Virus record (IMG/VR): IMGVR_UViG_3300047323_000545
Strand: one strand, 5' to 3'
DNA length: 64,000 nt
Origin: a virus
Shown: in pieces, positions 1 to 9,236 of the stretch
How the letters are laid out: every line of letters starts with the position of its first letter
Numbering within the stretch: position 1 is the stretch's first letter
Position numbers and translations under genes: made by a program
Notes under the pieces: model-generated
The model's input: the letters and a program-made list of their open reading frames with translations, nothing else
Told to the model about the DNA's origin: nothing
Databases searched by the model: none

Positions 1-80
1 CTACTGGGCCTGTGAACGGGGGGGGGCGCCGGGCAACCCGCCCGCCGCCACCGTAGGGGAGACCACTGACACGGCCCCGC

Positions 81-638
81 TTACCTGTCGTCGTCCTCCT
101 CGCCCTGGGGCAGGCCACCCGTGTTGAGCAGGCGGAACACCTCCCTCTCGGCCTCGATCGTCGGCACCGTCACCTCGTCGAAGGGGATCGAGCGCGCGGC
201 GAACCGGTTCTGTCCGCGCTTCGAGAGCATCGAGAAGCGCACGTAGGGGCCGTCCTCGTTCTCCTCGTAGACGGCACTCAGGCTCTCCTCCGGCCACCAC
301 GTGCGTGGCGCGGGGAACTCGTCGCGCAGGAACATCACGACCGTCTCCCAGCGCTGCTTGCCGTCGATGACGGCGTACATGGGATTCCCGGGCGCGTAGG
401 GCTCGTAGCCGGGCTCCTTGAACTGAGTGCCGCGCTTGTTGACCGTGATCGACCCGACCGACAGACCACGCAGGAGCGACATGACCAGCCGCTGACGGCG
501 ACGCACCCCCCATACGGCCTGGCGCTGGTACGGCGGGGCGAGGTCGACGCTGCCCAGCATGTTCTCCAGGGAGTGCAGGCTGAGGTTCTTCAGATCGCGG
601 TGCAGCTCGGCCAGCGGGGCCCACGTCTGGAGGCTCAC
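81..638 (-). CDS. Stand-alone DUF262 (ParB/Srx-like, GmrS-type) protein
   Basis: Motifs PPYQRQAVW and YAVIDGKQR plus VFRLLN. GTG start at 638 overlaps the upstream stop (GTGA). Confidence 0.8.
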   Translation of the reverse strand: MSLQTWAPLAELHRDLKNLSLHSLENMLGSVDLAPPYQRQAVWGVRRRQRLVMSLLRGLSVGSITVNKRGTQFKEPGYEPYAPGNPMYAVIDGKQRWETVVMFLRDEFPAPRTWWPEESLSAVYEENEDGPYVRFSMLSKRGQNRFAARSIPFDEVTVPTIEAEREVFRLLNTGGLPQGEEDDDR

Positions 639-1123
639 TGTCCCGCTCCCTCGGCGACGGCCGCGCCGTTCTCCTCGCGGTAGGCGTGGACGAGGGAGGC
701 GAACTCTTCCGGGTACTGCTCGGCCAGTACGCGCCGGGCGTGCTCCTCGGCCTCCTCCTGGAGTGCCTTGGCGCGCCCCTGGTCGGCCGCCTCCTGCCAG
801 GCTCGGGCCTGGGACGGCAGCACGTAGTAGTGACCGTTCGGGCGGCCCAGCCACCCCGGCGCGCCGTGCTCCTCCCAGCCCTCGCCCGTGCGCTTGACCA
901 GCGAACCGTCGGCAACCATGCCTGCCAGCAGGCGCTTCAAGTTGGCCTGATGGACGTGCCACATGGCGGTCTGGCCGTCGTAGACGTGCTCGATGTTGTA
1001 GACGCGGGTGACGACCAAGCGGGCGACGTCGGCGACGGTTCGCAGGGTGTCGGGGTACTTCTCCAGAGCGTTCAGGACGTCGTCGCGGGTGACGTCGATC
1101 CTCTCGTCGGGCTTAGCCGTCAT
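635..1123 (-). CDS. Hypothetical protein
   Basis: ATG 1123 with AAGGA RBS, high GC3, coupled to the DUF262 gene. Confidence 0.7.
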   Translation of the reverse strand: MTAKPDERIDVTRDDVLNALEKYPDTLRTVADVARLVVTRVYNIEHVYDGQTAMWHVHQANLKRLLAGMVADGSLVKRTGEGWEEHGAPGWLGRPNGHYYVLPSQARAWQEAADQGRAKALQEEAEEHARRVLAEQYPEEFASLVHAYREENGAAVAEGAGQ

Positions 1124-1373
1124 GGTGGTCCTTCCAGGTGGCGATGGCCTCGCTGGCGGGGCCTGTGTGGTGGTGTCGGGTGGTGCGGGCGGCGATGGCG
1201 GCGAGGGCGCCCCGGCCGCTGCCCTGAACGGCCGGGACCGGGTCGGCGGGCCAGACGGTGCGGGTGTGGCGCTCAGAGTGGAAACCCTGGTTCTGGTGCG
1301 GCTCTCGGGTGCACAGCGTGCCGGGCTGCTCGGGATGCTCGGCACCGCAGGTCTCGGCGGCCGGGCCGCTCAC
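1113..1373 (-). CDS. Small hypothetical protein
   Basis: GTGA overlap with the upstream gene; fills the operon gap. Confidence 0.4.
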   Translation of the reverse strand: MSGPAAETCGAEHPEQPGTLCTREPHQNQGFHSERHTRTVWPADPVPAVQGSGRGALAAIAARTTRHHHTGPASEAIATWKDHHDG

Positions 1374-2200
1374 TTGCCCGACTCCTTAGCGGCGGCGATG
1401 ATCACGTCGAGGTGGCGGAGTGCCTCGACCTGCTGCTCGTCGGTGATGCGGCCGACGGCGTTGAGGCCGCAGATGTACACCTGCGTCCGCAGGAAGCCGT
1501 TCGCGTGCAGCCAGCGGGTCACCCCGATGACGGAGTTGCTGTAAGTCAGCTCGACCAGAGGCTCGCCCGCGATCTTGTTGAGTCCGGCGACAGCCTCCTT
1601 GACCGGGACCAGGCGGGCGGCCTCGGACTCTCGTTCAGCCTTGCTGGCGGCGTCGCGGGCCTCCTGCTCGGCGACGGCGGCGGTGTAGGCGGCCTGCCAC
1701 TCGCCGAACTGGGGGTGAGCGGCCAGCTTCTGGCGCAGCTCCTCGACGGTGCCGAGGCGGCCGACCTCCCGGGAGGCAGAGTTGAGCATGAGGCGCTGCG
1801 GCTCGTGGAGCTGGTACGGAGTGCCGAACTCGGCCAGGTTGGCATGCCAGTTGCCCCGGGGCAGGTCGACCCACTTCACGACGATGGACCTGGCGCTCTT
1901 GGAGAGCACCCGCACGAGGTGGGTGCGCGGATGGCGCATGAGGATGTCGCGGGCGGTGTGGGTGCGCAGGGCGTTGCCGTACGCGTCGTCCTCGACGACG
2001 ACGAGGATGTCGTCGACCTCGACGTCGGCGGCGGCCTCGACGGGCGGGATGAGCAGCTCGGCGGCCAGGTTGCCGCGCCGGGCACCGTGGCGCTTCTCGT
2101 TGTTCTCCGGGTCGTGCGGGAAGAGCGAGGAGAAGATCGTGCGGCTGAGGTGCTCGGCGATGCGGTAGGGCTCGACGGCCTCGGTGGTCTCGGTGCTCAT
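1370..2200 (-). CDS. Hypothetical protein
   Basis: 276 aa, GGAG RBS, typical codon bias. Confidence 0.75.
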   Translation of the reverse strand: MSTETTEAVEPYRIAEHLSRTIFSSLFPHDPENNEKRHGARRGNLAAELLIPPVEAAADVEVDDILVVVEDDAYGNALRTHTARDILMRHPRTHLVRVLSKSARSIVVKWVDLPRGNWHANLAEFGTPYQLHEPQRLMLNSASREVGRLGTVEELRQKLAAHPQFGEWQAAYTAAVAEQEARDAASKAERESEAARLVPVKEAVAGLNKIAGEPLVELTYSNSVIGVTRWLHANGFLRTQVYICGLNAVGRITDEQQVEALRHLDVIIAAAKESGK

Positions 2201-2248
2201 GGTGTTCTCCAGGCGGCGGGATGGCGGGGCGTTGCTTCAACGAGGCCC

Positions 2249-2279
2249 ACTCTAGCGCAACAGCTGTTGCCCATGTCAA
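2249..2279 (-). promoter_or_regulatory. Promoter TTGACA-N19-TAGAGT with dyad GCAACAGCTGTTGC in the spacer
   Basis: Direct read; near-identical copy at 2976-3006. Confidence 0.7.
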
Positions 2280-2311
2280 GCAGTTCCATCAACACCCGCT
2301 AAACGAGCAGG

Positions 2312-2848
2312 TCAGACGGCCTTCGCGGGCTCGTACACGTACCAGCCGTACTCGATGGGCGTGTCCGTGAGCCGGACGAAGTCGCGCATGGCAGGACTGG
2401 AGTACCGCCCGACCCGGGGATAGCCGTCCTCGTCGGCGGCGACCGAGCACCAGTGCTCGGAGTCCCACTCGTAGACCTCGGGGGCGCTCCCGTTGCGCCA
2501 GTGCATCACGACACGGTCGCCGACGGCGGGTTCGTCAGGGATGACGCAGGGCGGGACGTCGGGCACCTCGTCGATCATCGACTGTGGCAGGCGGGTGCGG
2601 AAGACGCGCACCGTGGTGTCGCCGCCCGGGAAGTAGGGGCGCACGGTGTGGCCGCCGTGAACATGGCGGAGGGTGAGGGCGTGTGTCGTCGTGACGTCGT
2701 TCAGCCGTTCCGGCAATTCGACGACGACGTGATTCTTGAACGTCGGGCTGGCGATTACACAGCCGGGGGTGAGTTCCTCGACGCGGATCTTTTCCAGGTC
2801 GCTGGATTCAAGATCGGAAATGCACTTGCTGAGGGAAATGGTGTCCAT
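2312..2848 (-). CDS. Hypothetical protein
   Basis: 178 aa, AGGAG RBS. Confidence 0.7.
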   Translation of the reverse strand: MDTISLSKCISDLESSDLEKIRVEELTPGCVIASPTFKNHVVVELPERLNDVTTTHALTLRHVHGGHTVRPYFPGGDTTVRVFRTRLPQSMIDEVPDVPPCVIPDEPAVGDRVVMHWRNGSAPEVYEWDSEHWCSVAADEDGYPRVGRYSSPAMRDFVRLTDTPIEYGWYVYEPAKAV

Positions 2849-2975
2849 GGCGGGGACTCCTGACGGTGAAGGACTGGCGGGTGCCCTTTACTCGGTCGCC
2901 GGAATGTTCACGCTATGCGCTGGACCATGGCGGCGGTCAGCGCGAAGTGTTTACAACTCCGACGACAACGCCCCC

Positions 2976-3006
2976 ACTCTAGCGCACCAATTGTTGCGCG
3001 TGTCAA
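2976..3006 (-). promoter_or_regulatory. Promoter TTGACA-N19-TAGAGT with imperfect dyad GCGCACCAATTGTTGCGC
   Basis: Direct read; paralogous to 2249-2279. Confidence 0.7.
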
Positions 3007-3034
3007 GAGCGGAGGCGGTCCACCGGGGGAGGGG

Positions 3035-3574
3035 TCAGCGGGCGCCCGCTGCCCACGCCGCGCGCGGGTCGACGACGGGCCTCTTTGGCGTGGGGAGGTA
3101 CCAACGGCACCACATGCGCTTGCCGTTGAGGCCGGGCCCGTGGTCGACGCCGATGCCGTCGGAGCGCATGGCGATGAGCAGCAGGCCGCGCCCGTTCTCG
3201 GCGTCCTCGTCCATGTCGAGGAGCTGGTCGGCGGCCGTGGCCGGGTCCGGCAGGACGGGGATGTGGACGCCGTCTATGTCGTGTACGCCGAGTTCCACGT
3301 ACCGGCGGCGCATGCCGAGGACGTTGCACTCGACGTGGAACCAGCGACGCAGGCGGGGGTCCTTGGCGTGTCGGATGGCGTTACCGGCCAGCTCGGATAA
3401 ACACAGCTCGGCGGCCTCGGCGATGTCGCCGTCGAGCTGGCTGCGGTAGACCACAGAGCGGAACTCCTCGCGGGCGTGGCGGACGCTCGCTTGGTCAAGG
3501 GGGTAGAAGCTGCGGTATCTCAGGTGCCTGAGAGGACCCAGAGGTGGCGGCCCCGGGCTGAGCGGGGAGTGCAT
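3035..3574 (-). CDS. HATPase_c-type ATP-binding (anti-sigma-like) protein
   Basis: ELCLSELAGNAIRHA, ELGVHD and ENGRGLLLI motifs; divergent from the XRE gene as in Streptomyces triads. Confidence 0.85.
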   Translation of the reverse strand: MHSPLSPGPPPLGPLRHLRYRSFYPLDQASVRHAREEFRSVVYRSQLDGDIAEAAELCLSELAGNAIRHAKDPRLRRWFHVECNVLGMRRRYVELGVHDIDGVHIPVLPDPATAADQLLDMDEDAENGRGLLLIAMRSDGIGVDHGPGLNGKRMWCRWYLPTPKRPVVDPRAAWAAGAR

Positions 3575-3661
3575 GTGTAACTCCCGTTGCAAGATGGGCA
3601 GGTGAGACCTACTCACACCGATGCGGTACCTGGCGCAAGCGGGTTGTTACCCACCGTCGCG

Positions 3662-3701
3662 GAGAATTCTCTCGTACGCAAGCCCTGAGCGGAGAATTCT
3701 C
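3662..3701. promoter_or_regulatory. Two GAGAATTCTC palindromes 30 bp apart (putative operator)
   Basis: GCGGAGAATTCTCTC occurs twice in the divergent intergenic region (palindromes at 3662-3671 and 3692-3701). Confidence 0.55.
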
Positions 3702-3773
3702 TCTACCGTGTGTTGGTCCAGGAGGGCTGCGAGGGTGCACACTGTGGGCCAGCACGCCAACTGGGGAGGACAC

Positions 3774-4658
3774 GTGCCGTACAAGGCCCGCCGGGCGATC
3801 AGGAGGACGGTCCTCGGCAACATGCTCAACCGCGCCCGCGTAGCCGCCGACGTGGACGTTGAAGAGGTAGTCAAGGCCCTGGGTATCTCTCGGCCGGTCG
3901 TATACCGTCAAGAGGACGGCATCGCGCCCGTCACCGTGGAGAAGATTCCGCAGCTGGCCGAGCTGTACGGCGTCACCGATCCGGAGACGATCGCCAAGTG
4001 GACGAAGTGGGCCGAGATTTCGGCGACCAAGGGTCCCTGGGGTCCGTACGGCAACAGCCTCGGCCCCTCGTACGAGGACTACGCCGACGTGGAATCCCTC
4101 GCCAGGGAGATCCGGGCGTTCGAGCCGGTCGTGATACACGGCCTCCTGCAGACGAAGGCGTACTCCGAGGAGGCCATCCGCGCCAGCGACACGGCGCTCA
4201 CCGGCCCCGCCGTCGAGGGATGTGTCGAGAGGGACCGCATGAAGCTGCGCGAGGCCCGCAAGGCGATCCTCGAACGCGTGGAACCGGCTCCGCCCCGGCT
4301 CTGGGTCGTCCTCGGCGAGGCGGCTGTTCTGACGCCGCCGAGCGTCACGAACAAGGCGGCCCACCCCGACCAGGTCCGGCGTCTGCTCGATCTGGGCGAG
4401 ATGGCGGCGACCATCCAGGTCCTGCCGATGGAGACCGGCCTGCACACTGGACTGGCTGGCTCATTCAGCCTCCTGACACTCGATGACAACATCGACATAA
4501 TTTTCCGTGAGGGTTACCACGGCGACGGCTCTTTCAGTGACGACCCTGACCGAGTGCGCTCATATCGAGCCAGATATGAGCAGCTCATCAGTCAGGCGTT
4601 GTCTCCGGCAGAAACTCGCCGATACTTGCACGGACTCCTCAAGAACCTGGGGAGTTAA
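3774..4658 (+). CDS. XRE-family HTH regulator with DUF5753 domain (WhiJ/Scr1-like)
   Basis: N-terminal HTH; FEPVVIHGLLQTKAYS, VVLGEAAV and IQVLP motifs; GGAGG RBS before GTG 3774. Confidence 0.9.
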   Translation: MPYKARRAIRRTVLGNMLNRARVAADVDVEEVVKALGISRPVVYRQEDGIAPVTVEKIPQLAELYGVTDPETIAKWTKWAEISATKGPWGPYGNSLGPSYEDYADVESLAREIRAFEPVVIHGLLQTKAYSEEAIRASDTALTGPAVEGCVERDRMKLREARKAILERVEPAPPRLWVVLGEAAVLTPPSVTNKAAHPDQVRRLLDLGEMAATIQVLPMETGLHTGLAGSFSLLTLDDNIDIIFREGYHGDGSFSDDPDRVRSYRARYEQLISQALSPAETRRYLHGLLKNLGS

Positions 4659-4684
4659 CGAAAGAGATGGAAGGAAAGGCACAG

Positions 4685-4888
4685 ATGGCTGAGAAGCAGC
4701 ACACCCCGTGGAGGAAGTCCTCCTACAGCGCAGGCAGCGGTGAAGCCTGCGTCGAGACCCGCAAGGGCCAGGTCGGCACTGACGTCATGGACATCGACGT
4801 CGCCGACAGCAAGGACCCGGCCCGCAGCACCGTCATCACGGTGAGCCCGGCCGCCTGGTCGTCGTTCGTCACCAGCGTCAAGGGCTGA
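4685..4888 (+). CDS. DUF397 protein (BldB/Scr2-like)
   Basis: WRKSSYS...ACVE...DSKDP...AWSSFV signature. Confidence 0.92.
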   Translation: MAEKQHTPWRKSSYSAGSGEACVETRKGQVGTDVMDIDVADSKDPARSTVITVSPAAWSSFVTSVKG

Positions 4889-4912
4889 TGTAGCGGCCCC
4901 CTGGCACACGGA

Positions 4913-4945
4913 GACGCCCCCGGCAGATGAGTTGCCGGGGGCGTC
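4913..4945. terminator. Hairpin terminator between convergent genes
   Basis: 13-bp inverted repeat GACGCCCCCGGCA/TGCCGGGGGCGTC. Confidence 0.7.
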
Positions 4946-4990
4946 GTCGTTCCCAGAATCGGCCACGAGAAGCCGTCGCTCAAGACTGCC

Positions 4991-5464
4991 TCATCTGGGG
5001 GCCCCGGGGCCAGTGGCACGGTGCCAGGTGGCGCATTCGTTCGTGTCGAAGAACTCCCCTGCGCGCAGCTGGACATAGGCGTCGCCGGTCGCGGTGTCGG
5101 AGGCGATGACCGAGCGCCGCTCGAAGGTCGCGTCCTTGGAGGTGCGCCAGCTGCAGTGCTGGTTGCCCTGCGCGTGGTACAGGCCCGGCTGCACGTCGGC
5201 CGTCTCGGTGGTGCCGACGATGTAGACGCCGTCGCCGGGGATGGTCCAGGGGGTAGGGCCCACCAGCGTGCGCGGCGATGCAATGGCCGACGGTGACGGC
5301 GCCGGGGGAATTGACTGGGAGGCTATGGAGAACCCGGCGAAGAGGCAGGCGACTCCGGTTGCCACTGCCATTAGGTACGCGCGCTTTGGCATTCTGCGGT
5401 GTTCAAGCCGAAATGACTCGTGGCGGGTTTCCGGGTCATTTTCGGCAGTGGACTCCACACTCAT
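4991..5464 (-). CDS. Membrane-anchored/secreted protein
   Basis: Hydrophobic segment followed by a TIPGDGVYIVG...VQPGLY...CSW motif typical of actinobacterial surface proteins. Confidence 0.65.
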   Translation of the reverse strand: MSVESTAENDPETRHESFRLEHRRMPKRAYLMAVATGVACLFAGFSIASQSIPPAPSPSAIASPRTLVGPTPWTIPGDGVYIVGTTETADVQPGLYHAQGNQHCSWRTSKDATFERRSVIASDTATGDAYVQLRAGEFFDTNECATWHRATGPGAPR

Positions 5465-5765
5465 GTCCTTGCCTTTTCTCTATCGATACGTGCGCATTTA
5501 TCGCCCTCATTACTCGATGCGTTCGCCCGGATGGCGGGTGGCCGGGCGGACCCAGAATGCGTCGAGACAGATAGTTGAAAGTCGCGGCATTCGGAACCTA
5601 CCCCATCAAGGGGGTGGGTGCAACGTTCGTGCAGGCCACACGCAGTGAAGAGAGATGAACTTTGTTCAGTTCTATCGTCAACTTCTTGATGTGGACACAC
5701 TTTTGTGAGAGCGATCCTGTGCTTGGACGGCTCTGTACCTCCCTTCGGTTCCGGCTCCCACGCTA

Positions 5766-5781
5766 TCGAACCAGCGTTCGA
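5766..5781. promoter_or_regulatory. Actinobacterial LexA (SOS) box
   Basis: TCGAAC-CAGC-GTTCGA matches the TCGAAC-N4-GTTCGA consensus exactly; intergenic. Confidence 0.75.
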
Positions 5782-5892
5782 ATGTGTGAGGCGACACGTT
5801 ACTGATGAGTCAACAAAGCATGATCGAACATGGTTACGGCTGCCGCTGTGGAGAACCTGTGTGAGCTGCGTGCGGGCGGGTAGGCGTGCGAC

Positions 5893-6192
5893 ATGGGTAT
5901 CGGCATGTCATGGGGTTCGGTCTATGGGCAGGCCTGGGGCGAGTTCCCGACCGTGGACGCCTGCGCGGCAGCGCTGTGCCGGTCTGTCCGACGGGTCTAT
6001 GCCCGCGTCGGCCCGTCCTTCCGGGGTGCGCTCCTGAGGCAGTCTGCAGGCAGGCTGCGCTGCGAGATGTGCACGGACGGCCTGCACCGCGTGGTGCGCT
6101 GCCAGGAGTGGCACGGCGAGCACGGCGGCGTGTGGGTGTCGCTGTACCCGCGCTGCGACGAGAGACGTGCGGGGCCGCGACACCTCCGGTAA
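5893..6192 (+). CDS. Cys-rich hypothetical protein
   Basis: 99-aa ORF downstream of the SOS box; coding status uncertain. Confidence 0.4.
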   Translation: MGIGMSWGSVYGQAWGEFPTVDACAAALCRSVRRVYARVGPSFRGALLRQSAGRLRCEMCTDGLHRVVRCQEWHGEHGGVWVSLYPRCDERRAGPRHLR

Positions 6193-6232
6193 CCTGAGTT
6201 ACCGTGACATTCAAAAATCTGAGGGGGACTTG

Positions 6233-6502
6233 GTGACCGCCAGCACCAGCAAGACCCGACTGCGCAAGATCGACACGGTCGACGATGACAACGCCGTGGC
6301 GACGTACGAGGCCACCCGCGACGGCAGGGTCCTCGGCACCATCACGAAGTACGACGAGCCCGCCTACAAGATGACCAAGAGGGGGCCGCGCGACTACCGG
6401 CTCATCTCCTGGCGGCACAGCCTCGACGTGCCGTACAGCGCCCAGAACACGCGAGCCGCGTGCATCATCGACCTGGAGCGCACGGCGGGGGTGACCTCGT
6501 GA
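6233..6502 (+). CDS. Hypothetical protein
   Basis: GAGGGG RBS, high GC3. Confidence 0.7.
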   Translation: MTASTSKTRLRKIDTVDDDNAVATYEATRDGRVLGTITKYDEPAYKMTKRGPRDYRLISWRHSLDVPYSAQNTRAACIIDLERTAGVTS

Positions 6503-6533
6503 CCACCGTCGACGACGACGAGGAGGAGGCGTC

Positions 6534-6926
6534 GTGACCTTCGAGGTGAAGCGCTGGCAGACGTACGTACCGTGCCGACCGCCGAGTTATGCATATCCCG
6601 GCAAGCCGTTCGTCATCGAGTGCGTGGTCGGCGACAAGGCCGAAGTATGGGATCCGACCGGCGGCCAGCGCATGGGCGGGCACCGGTGGGTGGCGTTGCG
6701 CAACCTGCACGCGACCAACAAGACGAAGACGGGCAAGGAGCGTCTGACCGGCTGGTACCTGCACTGCGAGCCCCCCACCGACCCTGTCAAGCAGGAGCTG
6801 TGCGGCTCGTGCTTCCTCTGGTTGGATCGCGATCAGTTCGGCGTGCTGGCCTGGGGGTTCGGGCACAGCACGTGCAAGCCCTGCAAGGCCGAGATCGAGG
6901 AGAGGTACGGCAAGATCACCTCATGA
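6534..6926 (+). CDS. Hypothetical protein with C-terminal CxxC...CxxC
   Basis: 130 aa, GGAGG RBS. Confidence 0.7.
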   Translation: MTFEVKRWQTYVPCRPPSYAYPGKPFVIECVVGDKAEVWDPTGGQRMGGHRWVALRNLHATNKTKTGKERLTGWYLHCEPPTDPVKQELCGSCFLWLDRDQFGVLAWGFGHSTCKPCKAEIEERYGKITS

Positions 6927-7237
6927 CGGAGAAGCGCAGGCTGCAGGTGAACCCCGATCCGCTCAAGATCGTCGAGGCCCGCCCCGGAGATGCTCCTGCC
7001 TCGGCGACCATGATGCTGGCCATCAAGCGTGGCGAGGCTTACCGCAACAGCACCCTCATGCGTCGAGTCAGCGTCCACCGCGAGGGCTGCCCGCGCATCC
7101 CTGCCCGCGAGTTCACCGGCTGGAGCGTCACACCTGCCTCCCGAGAGATCATTCAGAGAGTCCTCAACGAAGCCGACCGATGCGGCGTGCCCACCGCCGT
7201 CTCCTGCCGCACTTGCGGCGGCTGGAGCGTGCTGTGA
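6923..7237 (+). CDS. Hypothetical protein (HxxxC...CxxC metal site)
   Basis: ATGA and GTGA overlaps at both ends. Confidence 0.65.
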   Translation: MTEKRRLQVNPDPLKIVEARPGDAPASATMMLAIKRGEAYRNSTLMRRVSVHREGCPRIPAREFTGWSVTPASREIIQRVLNEADRCGVPTAVSCRTCGGWSVL

Positions 7238-8238
7238 CGCTGCAGCCCATCGACGGCTCCACCCCTGCCGTCCGGCCGCGCCGAGCCCGGCTCTCGGAGT
7301 CGGCCCGGCGGCGCCTGCAAGGCTCGGTGCCCGATGAGACGCTGCGCGCGTACGCCCGGGAGTGGCCTAGGTTCGTCGCCTGGTGCGCGGCCGAGGGCGA
7401 GCCGTCACAGCCGTGCTCCACGGACGCCCTGACGAACTGGGTGGCCGACCGGGCCGACCTCGGCCACTCGGTGTCGGCGATCAAGCAGGGCATCGCCGCC
7501 GTGGTGTTCTTCCACGACCAGGCCAACGTGGACGAGAAGCTGATGCCGGACACTGGCGACGCCTGGCGCATCGTGAGCCAGTACAAGAAGGAGCGGGCCG
7601 ACGCCGGGTTCCGGCCGATGCAGGCCGCGATCGTCAACCCCGACGAGCTGCGGCGGATGGTGGCCACCCTGCCGCCCGGCCGCGTCGCCACGCTGCGGGA
7701 CCGCGCCATCCTGACCGTCGGCATGTCCTCCTTCGCCCGGCGCTCGAACCTGGTCCGCTTCGACCGGCAAGACCTGGTCTTCCTCGACAACGGCGACGCC
7801 GACATGCTCAAGACCTACTCCAAGACCGACCAGGCGGCCGACGGCCACAAGGTCACCCTGCCCCCGGGCAGCCACGAGCTGTCCGACCCCGTCGGCGCGC
7901 TGCGAGCCTGGGTCGACGAGCTGGAGGCCCAGGGCATCACGGACGGCCCGCTGTTCCGACGCGTCTCCCGGTCCGACAACATCCTCCCGTACCGCCTGGA
8001 CGCGTCGTGGGTGAACACGCTGGTGAAAAAGACAGCGAAGGCGGCCGGGCTCAAGCCACCGAAGAACACCCGGCACTCAGCACACACCCTGCGAGGCTCG
8101 GGCGCCTCGGCCGCATCCCAAACCGGAGCGTCGACCAGCGCCATCTGCGACCAGGGCGACTGGTCGAAGGAAGGCACGCAGGTACACATCTACGTCCGGC
8201 CGAAGGCGAAGGACAACGCCATGCGAGGAGTCCTGTGA
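7234..8238 (+). CDS. Tyrosine recombinase, Cre-like
   Basis: RDRAIL...ARRSNLV, SKTDQ, HTLR, GDW...Y catalytic set. Confidence 0.92.
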   Translation: MTLQPIDGSTPAVRPRRARLSESARRRLQGSVPDETLRAYAREWPRFVAWCAAEGEPSQPCSTDALTNWVADRADLGHSVSAIKQGIAAVVFFHDQANVDEKLMPDTGDAWRIVSQYKKERADAGFRPMQAAIVNPDELRRMVATLPPGRVATLRDRAILTVGMSSFARRSNLVRFDRQDLVFLDNGDADMLKTYSKTDQAADGHKVTLPPGSHELSDPVGALRAWVDELEAQGITDGPLFRRVSRSDNILPYRLDASWVNTLVKKTAKAAGLKPPKNTRHSAHTLRGSGASAASQTGASTSAICDQGDWSKEGTQVHIYVRPKAKDNAMRGVL

Positions 8239-8681
8239 CTACACCCCTGATCGTTCCGCGTCCTCCTCGGACGGAGCCCGCCTGCTGGGAATGGGGTGTC
8301 ACCGACTCTCTGCGATCCGCTGCTGGACGTCTCGGCATCCGCGACTTCAGGGGTTGCCTGGACCTGCTCGACCGTTGGCAGGATGAGCGGTGTGCCGTCT
8401 GCGGCCGAAGTACCGTACGGCGCGGTGAGGTTGTTGACCATGACCACGTAACGGCGCTTGTGCGCGGACTGCTGTGCCGCTCCTGCAACGGCCGCGAGGG
8501 GCACTCCGGCGATGCCCTGTTCGAGCAGTACCGCGAGCGCCCGCCTGCCGCCATCCTCGGCTTCAACGTGACGTACAACAGCCCGATCCACGGATGGGCC
8601 AAGCCAGAGCCCGAGGAGGAGGACGACCTCGACGCCTCACCGGTGTACGACCTGGCGAAGTTCCTTGCAAAGGGCGCATGA
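8235..8681 (+). CDS. Endonuclease VII-domain protein
   Basis: CAVC...VDHDH...VRGLLCRSCN signature. Confidence 0.88.
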   Translation: MTTPLIVPRPPRTEPACWEWGVTDSLRSAAGRLGIRDFRGCLDLLDRWQDERCAVCGRSTVRRGEVVDHDHVTALVRGLLCRSCNGREGHSGDALFEQYRERPPAAILGFNVTYNSPIHGWAKPEPEEEDDLDASPVYDLAKFLAKGA

Positions 8682-8756
8682 CACCGGAAAACGGAAATCC
8701 GTTGAACCGTTGAACCGGGATACACTGGTCGTCCACCACGATCGAGAGGGCGACCA

Positions 8757-9236
8757 GTGGTAACCAGCAGGTCCCGCAAGAGGCGCTACCAGCAGGAGCT
8801 GCAGCCCGCCGTACCGGCGCCGGAGCCCCAGCCGGAACCCGCGCCGGAGCCGCCCCCGGCCGACGAGGCAGGGCTGCAGCTGGACATGGACCTGGACTTC
8901 CTCATGCCGCCGATGGAGCTGCTCTTCGCTGAGGGCGCGGTCCAGTCCTCCCCGCCGAAGACGATCACGCTCGGTCCTCCGCTGGAGGCCCACTGGAAAA
9001 AGTTCGCCATGGCCAACCCCGACATGAAGGTGTTCGCCAAGTTCGTCCGGGCGGCCGTGCGCGTCGCCGTCCGGGAGTGGGAGGCGTCGGCGGAGGTGGC
9101 ACGCGAGGAGATGCGCCGCGTCGGCGTTCCCGTGCAGCCGGAGACGGGCCCGCTGGTCCAGGCCCTCCGTGAGGAATACCGGATGGTCGCTGCCGAGATG
9201 GAAGAGGATCGCAGGGCCGCCCGCGAGATGGGCTGA
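8757..9236 (+). CDS. Hypothetical protein
   Basis: 159 aa, codon bias. Confidence 0.65.
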   Translation: MVTSRSRKRRYQQELQPAVPAPEPQPEPAPEPPPADEAGLQLDMDLDFLMPPMELLFAEGAVQSSPPKTITLGPPLEAHWKKFAMANPDMKVFAKFVRAAVRVAVREWEASAEVAREEMRRVGVPVQPETGPLVQALREEYRMVAAEMEEDRRAAREMG

